A stretch of DNA of 64,000 bases from positions 18,584-82,583 of the forward strand of contig JAWOCD010000115.1 of assembly GCA_046483985.1 (NCBI GenBank), written 5' to 3'. Below, piece after piece: positions 20,049-29,514 of the stretch (positions within the stretch are counted from its first letter, which is position 1; each line of letters begins with the position of its first letter). The position numbers and the translations under genes are program-made. Below the pieces are notes generated by a model that saw only the letters and a program-made list of their open reading frames with translations, made no database searches and was not told where the DNA came from. Source of the DNA: Promethearchaeia archaeon (GTDB taxonomy: Archaea > Asgardarchaeota > Lokiarchaeia > Sigyniarchaeales > SOKP01).

Positions 20049-20954
20049 TTATAATTTATCTGAAATAAAGGAAATAAATTCAATAATCGTTTTTGCTGCC
20101 AAATTACAAGTTAAATTATTATGATCCAAATTAGGGGCAACTTCTACGAGATCAAATCCTATAATATTAACATTTTTGACCAATTCTCGAAGAATTTGCC
20201 ATAATGCTCTATAAGAAAGCCCGCCGGGGATTGGATAGCCCGTACCTGGTGCATTAGAGGGATCTACCACGTCCACATCAATTGAAACATAGAGGGACTC
20301 GATATCATTCTGGGTAAAGAAATTTATGATTTGAGTGCCATACTCTCTTAACCCAAGCTCAGACAGCTTATAGGCCGGGAGATAACAAATATCCTCTTGC
20401 TTTGCATTATCTAATTCAATATTATCAATATCTCTGCAACCAGCTAATAAAAAATTATCATTATTTATGTATTCCAGCTCATAGACATTATGTGAGACTG
20501 TTGCATGGGAGTATTCTTTTCCATCCCATTCTTTATAAAAATCAAGATGTGCATCAAAGAAAAGCGCCCCAAATTTCCCCTTCTGCGCATATCTATCTCC
20601 TATCGCTTTCACCACGGGATAGCTGCAAAAGTGATCTCCTCCGATCATAACGGGTATGAGTTTTTTTTTACTTTCATAAATCCGTTGAATAAACGCCTCA
20701 ATCTCTTTAAGATTTTGTTTTAAATTGGCTTTTTCTATTTCAATATCCCCGATATCTGACACGTTCAATTTAAAAATATCTTTACCCAATTCCGTTGTAA
20801 AACCTATATTTTGAGAGACTTTTCTTATTGATTCCGGTCCAATTTCAGAGTTTGGCAGAGATATAGTTGATAATTCGTCCCAAGGTATTCCAAAAATTAC
20901 AAATTCCGTAGAAGGATCTATACAATCTCCAAAATCAAAAAAGGTCGAATTCAT
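20049..20954 (-). CDS. speB: Agmatinase / arginase family ureohydrolase
   Basis: GGDH, DAHLD, SIDVDVVDP..APGTG.P..GG, DLVEVAP. Confidence 0.85.
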   Translation of the reverse strand: MNSTFFDFGDCIDPSTEFVIFGIPWDELSTISLPNSEIGPESIRKVSQNIGFTTELGKDIFKLNVSDIGDIEIEKANLKQNLKEIEAFIQRIYESKKKLIPVMIGGDHFCSYPVVKAIGDRYAQKGKFGALFFDAHLDFYKEWDGKEYSHATVSHNVYELEYINNDNFLLAGCRDIDNIELDNAKQEDICYLPAYKLSELGLREYGTQIINFFTQNDIESLYVSIDVDVVDPSNAPGTGYPIPGGLSYRALWQILRELVKNVNIIGFDLVEVAPNLDHNNLTCNLAAKTIIEFISFISDKL

Positions 20955-20986
20955 ACTAAGGCAATCTCTATTTTGTATTTAAAGTT

Positions 20987-22702
20987 TTACATTTCTTTAA
21001 GCACTTCTATACCCAACAGATTCAATCCGCACTTTACAACAATTTGCACACATTTAATCAAATATAATCGAGATTTTTGAAGTTCCTTATTATTTGAAAT
21101 AACAGGGCATGAACTGTAAAACGAATTAAATTCTTGGGTAAGATCTAGTAAATATTGGGGGATTAAATGAATGTTATAATTATCGGCTGCTTCTTGGACG
21201 ATCTCTGGGAAGTAATTCAGTAATTTAATTACCCGTAGTTCTTTTTCATGGGTTAATAATTGGAAATCTACCGTTGATTGAACATCTAATTCTGACTTTT
21301 CAATAATTGATTGTATCCGTGCGTAGCAATATTGGATATATGGTCCGGTTTCTCCTTCAAAAGAAATACTCTCTTCTGGATTAAATACAAAATCCTTCAT
21401 AGGATTGAATTTCAAAATAAAAAACCTTAATGCCCCCATTCCGATAATTTCTGCCCGTTCCAATTTTTTTTCATCAGATAAATCGGGATACCGTTTATTG
21501 ACCTCCTCATAAGCTATAACTTTCATTTCTTTGACCAGATCATCGGCATCGACCACTTTCCCCTCGCGGCTTTTCATTTTTCCCTCTGGTAAATTGATCA
21601 TACCATAGGATAGATGATATTTCTCTTTTGTATAACCCAGCATTTCTAATACGGCAAACAACTGTTGAAAGTAGAGACGCTGTTCATTCCCGACGATGAA
21701 AATTGACTTATCATAATCAAAATCCTCCTTCTTTAAGTGAGCCAAGTAAACATCTTGGGTTATATATATGGAGGTCCCATCGCTTCGTAATAATACCTTA
21801 TCCGGTAAATCATATCTCTCATTTAAATTCGCAATTATGGCTCCATCTGGTCTTTTTGTAAAGATACCCCCTTCAAGTCCTTTTAGAATGAGTTTTTTGC
21901 CTTTATAATAAAAATCTGACTCGTAGTATTCTTTATCAAAGGTGATATCAAATTTTTTATATGTTTCTTGAAATCCCTCCAAAGCCCATTGTCTCAGTTT
22001 TTTCCAGAGCTTCCTCACTTCGGGATCCTTTTCTTCCCACAGACGTAATAATTCTTTAGCTTCCTCTTCTATAGATTCATTTTTTTCTTTCATTTTACTA
22101 TATTTCACATAGTAATCCCCTACAAAATGGTCAGGTTTTTTGTCTGGTTTTTTATTATCCCCCCATTTTTTGTAAGCGAGCATACTTTTACAGATATGGA
22201 TCCCCCGATCATTATTCAGGTTTACATCAAACACTTTATGCCCATTATATTTTAAGATTCTCGAAAGTGTGCTCCCAATTAACATATTTCGGACGTGTCC
22301 TAAATGTAAGGGCTTATTTGTATTGGGAGCGGGATATTCGATAACTATTCTCTGGGGAGCAATTTTACTTTCTCCCGCTTGAATATTGATCCGTCCATAA
22401 TCTCCCCGAAATTTAAAAATATTTTTCAGAATGATCTCCTTTTTTACTCTGAAATTAATATATGCCCCTTCAGCAACGATTTCCTCAAAAAACTCGGGAT
22501 ATTCTAACTTTTCGATCATATTCTCTGCAATTTCAACGGGATTTTTCTTTTCATATTTTGCTAATTTGAAAGTCGGAAAGCCATAAGTATATTCAATTCC
22601 CGTAGGTGGTTGTTCAATGATTTTCTGAATCTCTTCATGCGATAGATAAGAAATATGCTCATTTAATATCTGTGCAATAGTTTTTTTATTGACGAGAGTC
22701 AC
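20987..22702 (-). CDS. argS: Arginine--tRNA ligase
   Basis: PNTNKPLHLGHVRN (HIGH), KMKSREG, FEGETGPYIQY, DALR domain. Confidence 0.96.
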   Translation of the reverse strand: MTLVNKKTIAQILNEHISYLSHEEIQKIIEQPPTGIEYTYGFPTFKLAKYEKKNPVEIAENMIEKLEYPEFFEEIVAEGAYINFRVKKEIILKNIFKFRGDYGRINIQAGESKIAPQRIVIEYPAPNTNKPLHLGHVRNMLIGSTLSRILKYNGHKVFDVNLNNDRGIHICKSMLAYKKWGDNKKPDKKPDHFVGDYYVKYSKMKEKNESIEEEAKELLRLWEEKDPEVRKLWKKLRQWALEGFQETYKKFDITFDKEYYESDFYYKGKKLILKGLEGGIFTKRPDGAIIANLNERYDLPDKVLLRSDGTSIYITQDVYLAHLKKEDFDYDKSIFIVGNEQRLYFQQLFAVLEMLGYTKEKYHLSYGMINLPEGKMKSREGKVVDADDLVKEMKVIAYEEVNKRYPDLSDEKKLERAEIIGMGALRFFILKFNPMKDFVFNPEESISFEGETGPYIQYCYARIQSIIEKSELDVQSTVDFQLLTHEKELRVIKLLNYFPEIVQEAADNYNIHLIPQYLLDLTQEFNSFYSSCPVISNNKELQKSRLYLIKCVQIVVKCGLNLLGIEVLKEM

Positions 22703-22864
22703 TTGTTAAGCACCTTTTCAATCTTTTTTAGTTAAAAATAATTTAATTATTTTGAATTGTAAAATCTAGAATTATGAAAAAGATAAGTATAATGAGAAAA
22801 ATAATTAATTATAGTTCAAAAAATTTAACTAATTCGAAAGAAACAATTAGGAAAGGAAGAAAAA

Positions 22865-24070
22865 ATGTCATTTGAACAAGAAGCAAGAGAAAACTTCCCC
22901 GATTGGCCTATCTACGATGAAAGGGAGATAGAGGCATTAAAAGATGTGATTGAGTCTGGTAATTGGTGGATCGGTTCACCTGCAGTTCCTAAAGGAGATA
23001 ACGTATGGAAGTTCCAAGAAGAATTTGCTGAGTTTCAGGAGGCGAAAAATGCAATTGCAGTGATTAATGGAACCGTCGCGATTGAAGCTGCTCTATTGGC
23101 TTTGGACATTGGATTGGGAGATGAAGTGATCGTCTCCGATTATACATTTGTTGCATCTGCGAGTGCTGTGGTGGCTACCAACGCAGTTCCTGTTTTTTGC
23201 GATATCGATCCGGAAACCTTAGTGATGGACGTTGATCTGGTCGAAGATTTGATAACCAAGAGAACAAGGGCTATTGTTCCGGTCCATTTGGGAGGAAATC
23301 CCGTCGAAATGGAACGTTTAATGGAAATTGCTGAGAAATATGACCTAAAAGTGGTGGAGGATTCTTCTCACGCGCATGGGTCTCGCTATAAAGGAAAAAG
23401 AGTAGGAAATTTCGGAGATGCTGGTACGTTTAGTTTTCAAGCATCAAAAGTATTAACTGGAGGAGAGGGGGGTATGATTATCACGAATGACGATGAATTA
23501 GCCGATCTTATCTATTCAGTGGTTGATTGCGGCAGGAAGAAGGGCGAGTATTTTTATAAACATTTTCGGTACGGCACTAATTACCGAATGACGGAATATC
23601 AAGGTGCAGTACTCCGTGCTCAATTGAGGAAATTCCCAGAACAACATAAGTTACGAAATGAGAACGCCCAATATTTGATGGAAAGGCTTAACGCCATAGA
23701 TGGAATCAGGGTTATGAAACCCACTTCGGGAACCGAAGAGATCGGGTGGTATGTATTCCCCATTGTTTTTGACCCCGAGAAATTTGGAGGGATAACCAAA
23801 GAACAGTTTTACAAAAAATTAAATGAAAACGGCATACCCGCAGATGATTGTTATCCCCCGTTACACGGACTTACGTGCTTTAGAGAAGTTGATCTGCGCA
23901 AAGGAATTGATTACAGTAATGCAAACTGGGGCGGAGAGAAGAGTAACCATGAGAATTTCCCCGTTGTTTCAGATATTTACTCTCGAAGCGTGGAATTTCC
24001 ACATGAAATGCTGTTAGCCTCAAAAGAAAAGCTAGATGAAGTGGTCGATTTCATTCAATCCTTAAAGTAA
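22865..24070 (+). CDS. DegT/DnrJ/EryC1/StrS aminotransferase (RifK/BtrR-like)
   Basis: NGTVA, EDSSHAHG, FSFQASKVLTGGEGG, GTNYRMTE. Confidence 0.9.
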   Translation: MSFEQEARENFPDWPIYDEREIEALKDVIESGNWWIGSPAVPKGDNVWKFQEEFAEFQEAKNAIAVINGTVAIEAALLALDIGLGDEVIVSDYTFVASASAVVATNAVPVFCDIDPETLVMDVDLVEDLITKRTRAIVPVHLGGNPVEMERLMEIAEKYDLKVVEDSSHAHGSRYKGKRVGNFGDAGTFSFQASKVLTGGEGGMIITNDDELADLIYSVVDCGRKKGEYFYKHFRYGTNYRMTEYQGAVLRAQLRKFPEQHKLRNENAQYLMERLNAIDGIRVMKPTSGTEEIGWYVFPIVFDPEKFGGITKEQFYKKLNENGIPADDCYPPLHGLTCFREVDLRKGIDYSNANWGGEKSNHENFPVVSDIYSRSVEFPHEMLLASKEKLDEVVDFIQSLK

Positions 24071-24145
24071 TTTTTTCTTTTACTTCTCATTAATAGGCAA
24101 AATAATATAAGTTTCCATAATCATAATGTAAAATGTAAACACATC

Positions 24146-24691
24146 ATGACTAAAAAGAAATTTTTGGATGGACAAGTGGAAGTGGTTGTTGGAGATATCA
24201 CCGAGGAAAAGGTGGATGCAATCGTGAATGCGGCAAATTCTTCATTAATGGGAGGAGGAGGCGTTGACGGAGCAATTCATCGGGCTGGTGGTCCGGCGAT
24301 TAAGGAAGAGTGCAAAAAAATTAGGGATGAACAATATCCGGATGGACTTCCAACGGGAAAGGCAGTAATAACTACGGGTGGACGCTTAGAACCAAAAGTC
24401 ATCCATACAGTTGGTCCCGTATATCAGAGTAGTGATTCTCCAGATAAAGAGCTGGCTGCTTGTTATAAAAGTAGTTTAAAGGTTGCAGCAAAAAATGATT
24501 GTCATACGGTATCTTTTCCCGCGATATCTACGGGCATATACGGATTTCCTAAAGTTAAAGCTGCAGAAGTGGTCTCCAAGACTCTAAATGAAACTTTACC
24601 CAAATATGATGAAATTGATATAGTTCGTTTAGTCTTTTTTGCAGAAAATGACGCAAGAGTCTTCTTAGAAAATTGTCAATTTTCAAGTTAA
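24146..24691 (+). CDS. Macrodomain protein, O-acetyl-ADP-ribose deacetylase (YmdB/MacroD type)
   Basis: GDIT, NAAN..LMGGGGVDGAIH, HTVGP, FPAISTGIYGFP. Confidence 0.93.
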   Translation: MTKKKFLDGQVEVVVGDITEEKVDAIVNAANSSLMGGGGVDGAIHRAGGPAIKEECKKIRDEQYPDGLPTGKAVITTGGRLEPKVIHTVGPVYQSSDSPDKELAACYKSSLKVAAKNDCHTVSFPAISTGIYGFPKVKAAEVVSKTLNETLPKYDEIDIVRLVFFAENDARVFLENCQFSS

Positions 24692-24726
24692 CTATTATGT
24701 TCTGAATTCATTGAGATATTAGCAAA

Positions 24727-24909
24727 ATGAAAGTCCGTTTTCGATTGGTGGGAGTCCCCCCTAAAGAGGCTGTGAAAGAAATTGAAATAGACCCTGAAAT
24801 GACCGTAGCGGAGGTCAAAGAGAAGATAATAGAAAAATTTAATTTGCAACATAATATGGATATTAATTTAATAGATTCGGTTAAGGACAACAAATCAAAA
24901 AAAAGATAA
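24727..24909 (+). CDS. Small ubiquitin-like (beta-grasp) protein, apparently C-terminally truncated
   Basis: MKVRFR...EIEIDPEMTVAEVKEKIIEK matches ubiquitin strands b1-b2 and helix a1. No C-terminal GG. Confidence 0.55.
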   Translation: MKVRFRLVGVPPKEAVKEIEIDPEMTVAEVKEKIIEKFNLQHNMDINLIDSVKDNKSKKR

Positions 24910-24922
24910 AGAGAATTTTCTC

Positions 24923-25705
24923 CTAATTATTAAAGGCATCTTCCCAATCCTTTGCGTTCCGCACTTCCTCGATTGCATTTTTTACCCCTTTTATTTGTTT
25001 TGCCCTTATGGCATTAGAGAGTACATAGCTTTTATTCATAACGCCGATGATCCTCTTTGTGGTGATTTTATCTTCTAAATAACTGAAAGAACGAAACACT
25101 TGGGTTTCCAATTCATTTCGCGGAGCGCCTCTCGTAGCCAAGGTCACAAATTTCTCAAGAAAAAATCCTTGAAGAGGGACCTCACATCGTGTTTTCCAAA
25201 GTCTCATCAACTTGAGAATATTTGTCCTTTTTTTTTCTTTGATATCTTCATCAAAAGCCTTGAGACTGTATTCAATGGGTTCTCTCCGGTTAGTATTATA
25301 ATGTTTCGCAAAACCAAATTCAAGATCAATTGGTTTTGCGGGGATTACATCGATATGCAAGTTCGTTTTATATCTGATCTCCCATCCAAGCGTCTTCAAA
25401 GTTGCGTTTCTCCATTTACTGGTAATCACATCGCCGACTTCAGAGTGGATGTCTGTAATTGATTTCTCTGTTTCCTTAGGATAATAAACAACTAAGTTTA
25501 TATCGCTATAATCCCGGATCATTGTCTCTCTGCTGTAAGATCCGCCGTAATAAAATTCTAAAGGCCCATCGATCTTATCTCTGATTCTATTTTCTACTTC
25601 CTTACGTTTTGATTCAATATAATTCCGATGCTTAGAAGAGATCTCTTGGGAACTTAACAACTCTCTAAATACCTTTTCAGATTGAGAAATCTCATCCCTT
25701 CCCAT
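24923..25705 (-). CDS. cGAS/DncV/OAS-like (SMODS-type) nucleotidyltransferase with degenerate motifs
   Basis: YGGSYSRETMI..YSDINLVV, HIDVIPA, LKLMRLWK, GFFLE, terminal W..F. Confidence 0.7.
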   Translation of the reverse strand: MGRDEISQSEKVFRELLSSQEISSKHRNYIESKRKEVENRIRDKIDGPLEFYYGGSYSRETMIRDYSDINLVVYYPKETEKSITDIHSEVGDVITSKWRNATLKTLGWEIRYKTNLHIDVIPAKPIDLEFGFAKHYNTNRREPIEYSLKAFDEDIKEKKRTNILKLMRLWKTRCEVPLQGFFLEKFVTLATRGAPRNELETQVFRSFSYLEDKITTKRIIGVMNKSYVLSNAIRAKQIKGVKNAIEEVRNAKDWEDAFNN

Positions 25706-25750
25706 AATAATTGATCATTGTTCTTATCCTTAATAATTTTTAACGATCTG

Positions 25751-25964
25751 CGAAAGAAGTCCCCATCCCTTTAGGGTGGGGATGAATTTCGTATTTATAC
25801 AAACATTTTTATATTTGGTTTTTGGTATTATCTTAGTAACCAAGTGAATAGAATGGGATACGAACTTGATAAAGGTGCTCATTCGGTGTATTCATTAAAC
25901 TACCATTACATCTGTTGTGTAAAATATCGAAGAAAGATTGTTGTGTAAAATATCGAAGAAAGAT
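25751..25964 (+). mobile_element. IS200/IS605 left-end hairpin plus truncated tnpA (Y1 HUH transposase) remnant
   Basis: Hairpin TCCCCATCCCTTTAGGGTGGGGA at 25760-25782. ORF 25853-25948 reads MGYELDKGAHSVYSLNYHYICCVKYRRKIVV*, the classic TnpA N-terminus. Confidence 0.85.
25913..25964 (+). repeat. Exact 26-bp tandem duplication
   Basis: TGTTGTGTAAAATATCGAAGAAAGAT at 25913-25938 and 25939-25964. Confidence 0.95.
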
Positions 25965-27010
25965 TAATATTCAACTTCTTCGATCTTTCCCGATTCTGCG
26001 CTTTGATACATAGCATCAATAATCTTGAGAATTTTTAGACCGTATTCTCCCGTGGTAAGAGGGTCCTTCCCCTCGCTGATACATTCCATAAACTTTTTAA
26101 TTTCTTGGGGATACCCAAAAGTCCACGCTTCTGCGGGCACGGGAAAAGTCCAGCCTACCGTATCGCCCGCTTTTTCCACCGCATAGCCATACCCCTTCTC
26201 GCTATATACACTCATCAGATCGCTAAAGGTTGGCGAGACCTTAATTTGCCCTTCGGTGCCAAAAATTTCAAAGAGCATATCGTACCCTCCCGGAGCAGTC
26301 CACGATTCTTCAATGGTGACTTGGGCATCATTTTCAAAGTACAGAATCCCCACGGCGTTATCCTCCACATCACATGTCCCGAATTCTCCCTTATCGGTTG
26401 AAATGTTTTTCGTTTGACAGAAAACCTCCTCTACATCGCAGTCTAAATACCACACTAAGCAGGCAATATCATGAATGCCCAGATCCATCAAGGCACCTCC
26501 ACCAGCTTTTTCTTTTTTATAAAACCATGCTGAATGGGGGCCAGAGTGCTGTTCTTTTCCCCTACCCATGTAGATATCTCCAACCGCCCCCTCGTCGATA
26601 ATTTCCTTTGCCTTGCTGAAGGAGGGGGCATACATATTGTTTTCACAGTAAAAAATTCGTTGATTGGAAGACTTTTCAACATCTATCATTTTTTTTCCCT
26701 CCTCTACAGTACGGGCAAGGGGTTTTTCAACAAGCGCATGCGCTCCGGAGTTCAGTACATCAATAGCTATTTTTTTATGAAGAAAATTCGGCAAACAGAC
26801 TGAAATAGCGTTACAGTCCAATTTTAATAAATCCTGATAATCTTTATAGAGTTTTCCCGAGATTTCAAATTTTTTCATAAATTCGCTAGCTTCCTTTTCT
26901 ATGATTGAAGAAACTCCCACTATTTCTACGTTGGGAAGTGAATTATATGCGGTTGCATGATGTTCGGCAATAAAGCCAGAACCGATAATTCCTACCTTTA
27001 ACTCTTTCAT
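25964..27010 (-). CDS. Gfo/Idh/MocA family oxidoreductase
   Basis: GIIGSG, VEKP, GGGALMDLGIH. Confidence 0.92.
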   Translation of the reverse strand: MKELKVGIIGSGFIAEHHATAYNSLPNVEIVGVSSIIEKEASEFMKKFEISGKLYKDYQDLLKLDCNAISVCLPNFLHKKIAIDVLNSGAHALVEKPLARTVEEGKKMIDVEKSSNQRIFYCENNMYAPSFSKAKEIIDEGAVGDIYMGRGKEQHSGPHSAWFYKKEKAGGGALMDLGIHDIACLVWYLDCDVEEVFCQTKNISTDKGEFGTCDVEDNAVGILYFENDAQVTIEESWTAPGGYDMLFEIFGTEGQIKVSPTFSDLMSVYSEKGYGYAVEKAGDTVGWTFPVPAEAWTFGYPQEIKKFMECISEGKDPLTTGEYGLKILKIIDAMYQSAESGKIEEVEY

Positions 27011-27313
27011 AAAATCATTTCCACTTTTCGAATATATTTATTATTTATTTAATTAATTATTCTCTTCTTAATTTATAGTTTTAAGTTGTTTATATCAACT
27101 ATAAGTTTATAAAAGAAAGAATTTGAGACGATTATATTGAATCAAAAAAGAATGTTCGTGGAAATGGGCATGGTCGTAGCCCAATATGGGCACAAAAATG
27201 TTGTTCTATAGCTGCAAGAAAAGCAAGAAAGGATCCTATCTCGAACAATTGTGTTCCAGGATTAGTGGAAATTTGCGGCTTAACTCCCGAAGGCATACCT
27301 TTTTCGTACTGGA

Positions 27314-28102
27314 TTAAATTTTATAGGAATTAATCCTATTTTTTAAGGTTTTTATAAAAATCTCATATATTTTTTTCCCTTTGGATTTTGAGGCTGCCGA
27401 GGCATCGCCCATCAATCCTTGTTCTAACCACAGATTACCACGCGCAAATATTCTCTCCTCTGGAAACTCTGGAAATTCTGTGAGCCCTTCTAATTCAGAT
27501 TTCCTCACTAACCCAGGTGCTAAAAAAAGCATCAGAGATGTTTCCAGCTCAGCTGCATGATAAGGTTCGGTTTCGAGGATTGACAAGATTTTTTGTTCTA
27601 TCTTCCCATCAAAGAGCCTCACACCAGAGAGGAGATATATATGTGGTAATTTTTCGAATTGCTCTTTCGAAAGTCTTAAAGGGAAATCCCTCTCCTTTCT
27701 TATAGCCTCTAATACATCGATACATGCCTCTCGTAAAACTGTTGAATGAGAAGTTCCTCCGTGCCAAGTAAAAATTACAATATTTTTTATCTCTTGGGTT
27801 GCATAGGAATAGACGATATCATACATGAGAGATTTAAGCGTTTCTACTCTGAATTCCAAAGTACCAGGAAATCCCTGGGTAGTGCGACTCACACCGAATC
27901 GAACTGTAGGGCCAAGTATAATATCGGTTTCTTTAGCTACGTGCTTGCACATTTTTTCAGCGATAATTCCGTCTGTATTAATTGGTAAATGAGGACCATG
28001 CTCTTCGATACATCCAATAGGAATTAATACGATAGAATCTTTCTTTTCGGCCATTTCTTGGAACTCCTTCCAGGTCCCCTTCAGATGATTTACATACGGC
28101 AT
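27314..28102 (-). CDS. Creatininase family amidohydrolase
   Basis: PIGCIEEHGPHLP..TD, HGG, HA..LETS. Confidence 0.9.
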   Translation of the reverse strand: MPYVNHLKGTWKEFQEMAEKKDSIVLIPIGCIEEHGPHLPINTDGIIAEKMCKHVAKETDIILGPTVRFGVSRTTQGFPGTLEFRVETLKSLMYDIVYSYATQEIKNIVIFTWHGGTSHSTVLREACIDVLEAIRKERDFPLRLSKEQFEKLPHIYLLSGVRLFDGKIEQKILSILETEPYHAAELETSLMLFLAPGLVRKSELEGLTEFPEFPEERIFARGNLWLEQGLMGDASAASKSKGKKIYEIFIKTLKNRINSYKI

Positions 28103-28131
28103 TAATATCCTCCCTACACTTAAGTATGCAA

Positions 28132-29445
28132 TTATGTTAATCCTAAATTTTCTAATCCCAATTCGTCTTCAGCATATCGTTTCAACGCTTGCCATTGACT
28201 CTTTTTTGTTCCAAAATACTTGAATACCGCGATTCCTAATCCAAAATCAAAAGCTCGCATTTGTTTCAGCATTTCCTCCTTGTTACATTCCACGGAATTA
28301 GTTATTGTCAATACGGGACTGTTGAATTCATGTGCCCGCTTTTTCATGTTTCGCTTAAAATACCAGAAGAAAATGTCTGCCAATTTACCCCAAAACCAGC
28401 CATCATCTCGCGTCCCCATTAAGTACGGATATTCCATGGGGGATGCAACATCAAACACCGACGACAATTTTCCCCAATTCTGGCCAATTCTTCGCCTTGA
28501 AAACCATTTTCTAGGACCTGGTAAGCAGAACCATCCAGTAACGCAATTCCTATCAGCCGATTTAATGGTCCTTTGTAGCTTTTTGCCATAGGTCACGATC
28601 GTATCTTCCCGAAAATCTCGCCATTCGTCACTTTTCAGTAATTTGGGGCTTGATCCATATGTTTCCCGAAATTTACTGACACATCTCTCACAAGTGCATA
28701 GGTCGGTAAAACTATGGTGATATCGAATATAATCTGCAAAAAATGCTTTAATTGGATAATTTTTCACTACTTCCTCGGCGAGGTTTAATAAATAATCTAT
28801 ATGTTCACTATTCGGACAGAGGAAACTGGTGAGTGGAATATATCCTTTTCCCCTGGCACTTCTAGCCTTGCCCTTTTCTTCGTCGACTTGCCTTGTTAAA
28901 AAGGGGACCTTCTTCTTATACTGCTCAAATGATACTCCTTCCGGGAGATCAACTCTCATTTCCCCTTCATTATGAGTCGCAATATCTCCTACCTCATATT
29001 TTTTTCCGTCGGCTTTCCCGGACTTCCCATGAACACTTACCCGTTCTGGGTGCAAATACCCTTGATAAGCATCGTTCATAGAGGTAAAAGATGCCATAAT
29101 GTGAATATTCCTTTCTTGTGCGGCATCGCAGAATTCACCTAAAATATCCCGTCCGGTAGGATTCCATCCGACTTGGGTATCCCACATACATGCGCCATCG
29201 GTATCCTTGATGACCAATCCGAAGACGTTGAAATGACATTCTTGAAGTTTTTCTATGATCTCTATGGGATCTAGTTCCTCCTCAGCAAATTCATAATCAA
29301 GTTTGCGAAATCCCTTTGAACCCCTCACAGGCATTAATCCCATTCCGTAAACCTTTCTGGCACCGAATTGGTTACGAAATTCTTGGACCTTCTTATTGTT
29401 TTCCAAGTCAAATGAAAAATATTCAGACCAATCTATTGTCCCCAT
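28132..29445 (-). CDS. Putative glycoside hydrolase (GHL10/GHL6-like TIM barrel)
   Basis: KDTDG, LCPN, DYIRY, CTCERC, SPMEY. Confidence 0.6.
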   Translation of the reverse strand: MGTIDWSEYFSFDLENNKKVQEFRNQFGARKVYGMGLMPVRGSKGFRKLDYEFAEEELDPIEIIEKLQECHFNVFGLVIKDTDGACMWDTQVGWNPTGRDILGEFCDAAQERNIHIMASFTSMNDAYQGYLHPERVSVHGKSGKADGKKYEVGDIATHNEGEMRVDLPEGVSFEQYKKKVPFLTRQVDEEKGKARSARGKGYIPLTSFLCPNSEHIDYLLNLAEEVVKNYPIKAFFADYIRYHHSFTDLCTCERCVSKFRETYGSSPKLLKSDEWRDFREDTIVTYGKKLQRTIKSADRNCVTGWFCLPGPRKWFSRRRIGQNWGKLSSVFDVASPMEYPYLMGTRDDGWFWGKLADIFFWYFKRNMKKRAHEFNSPVLTITNSVECNKEEMLKQMRAFDFGLGIAVFKYFGTKKSQWQALKRYAEDELGLENLGLT

Positions 29446-29514
29446 TCTTATTTAATTCACATTTTATTAATGATTATGTATATTATGTATAGATTCTTTT
29501 TGTTAAAATATTTT

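Noticed and set aside
24146-25705. Complete CBASS operon
   Set aside because: No effector or Cap2/Cap3 genes are adjacent, the NTase is convergent to its neighbours, and its motifs are degenerate.
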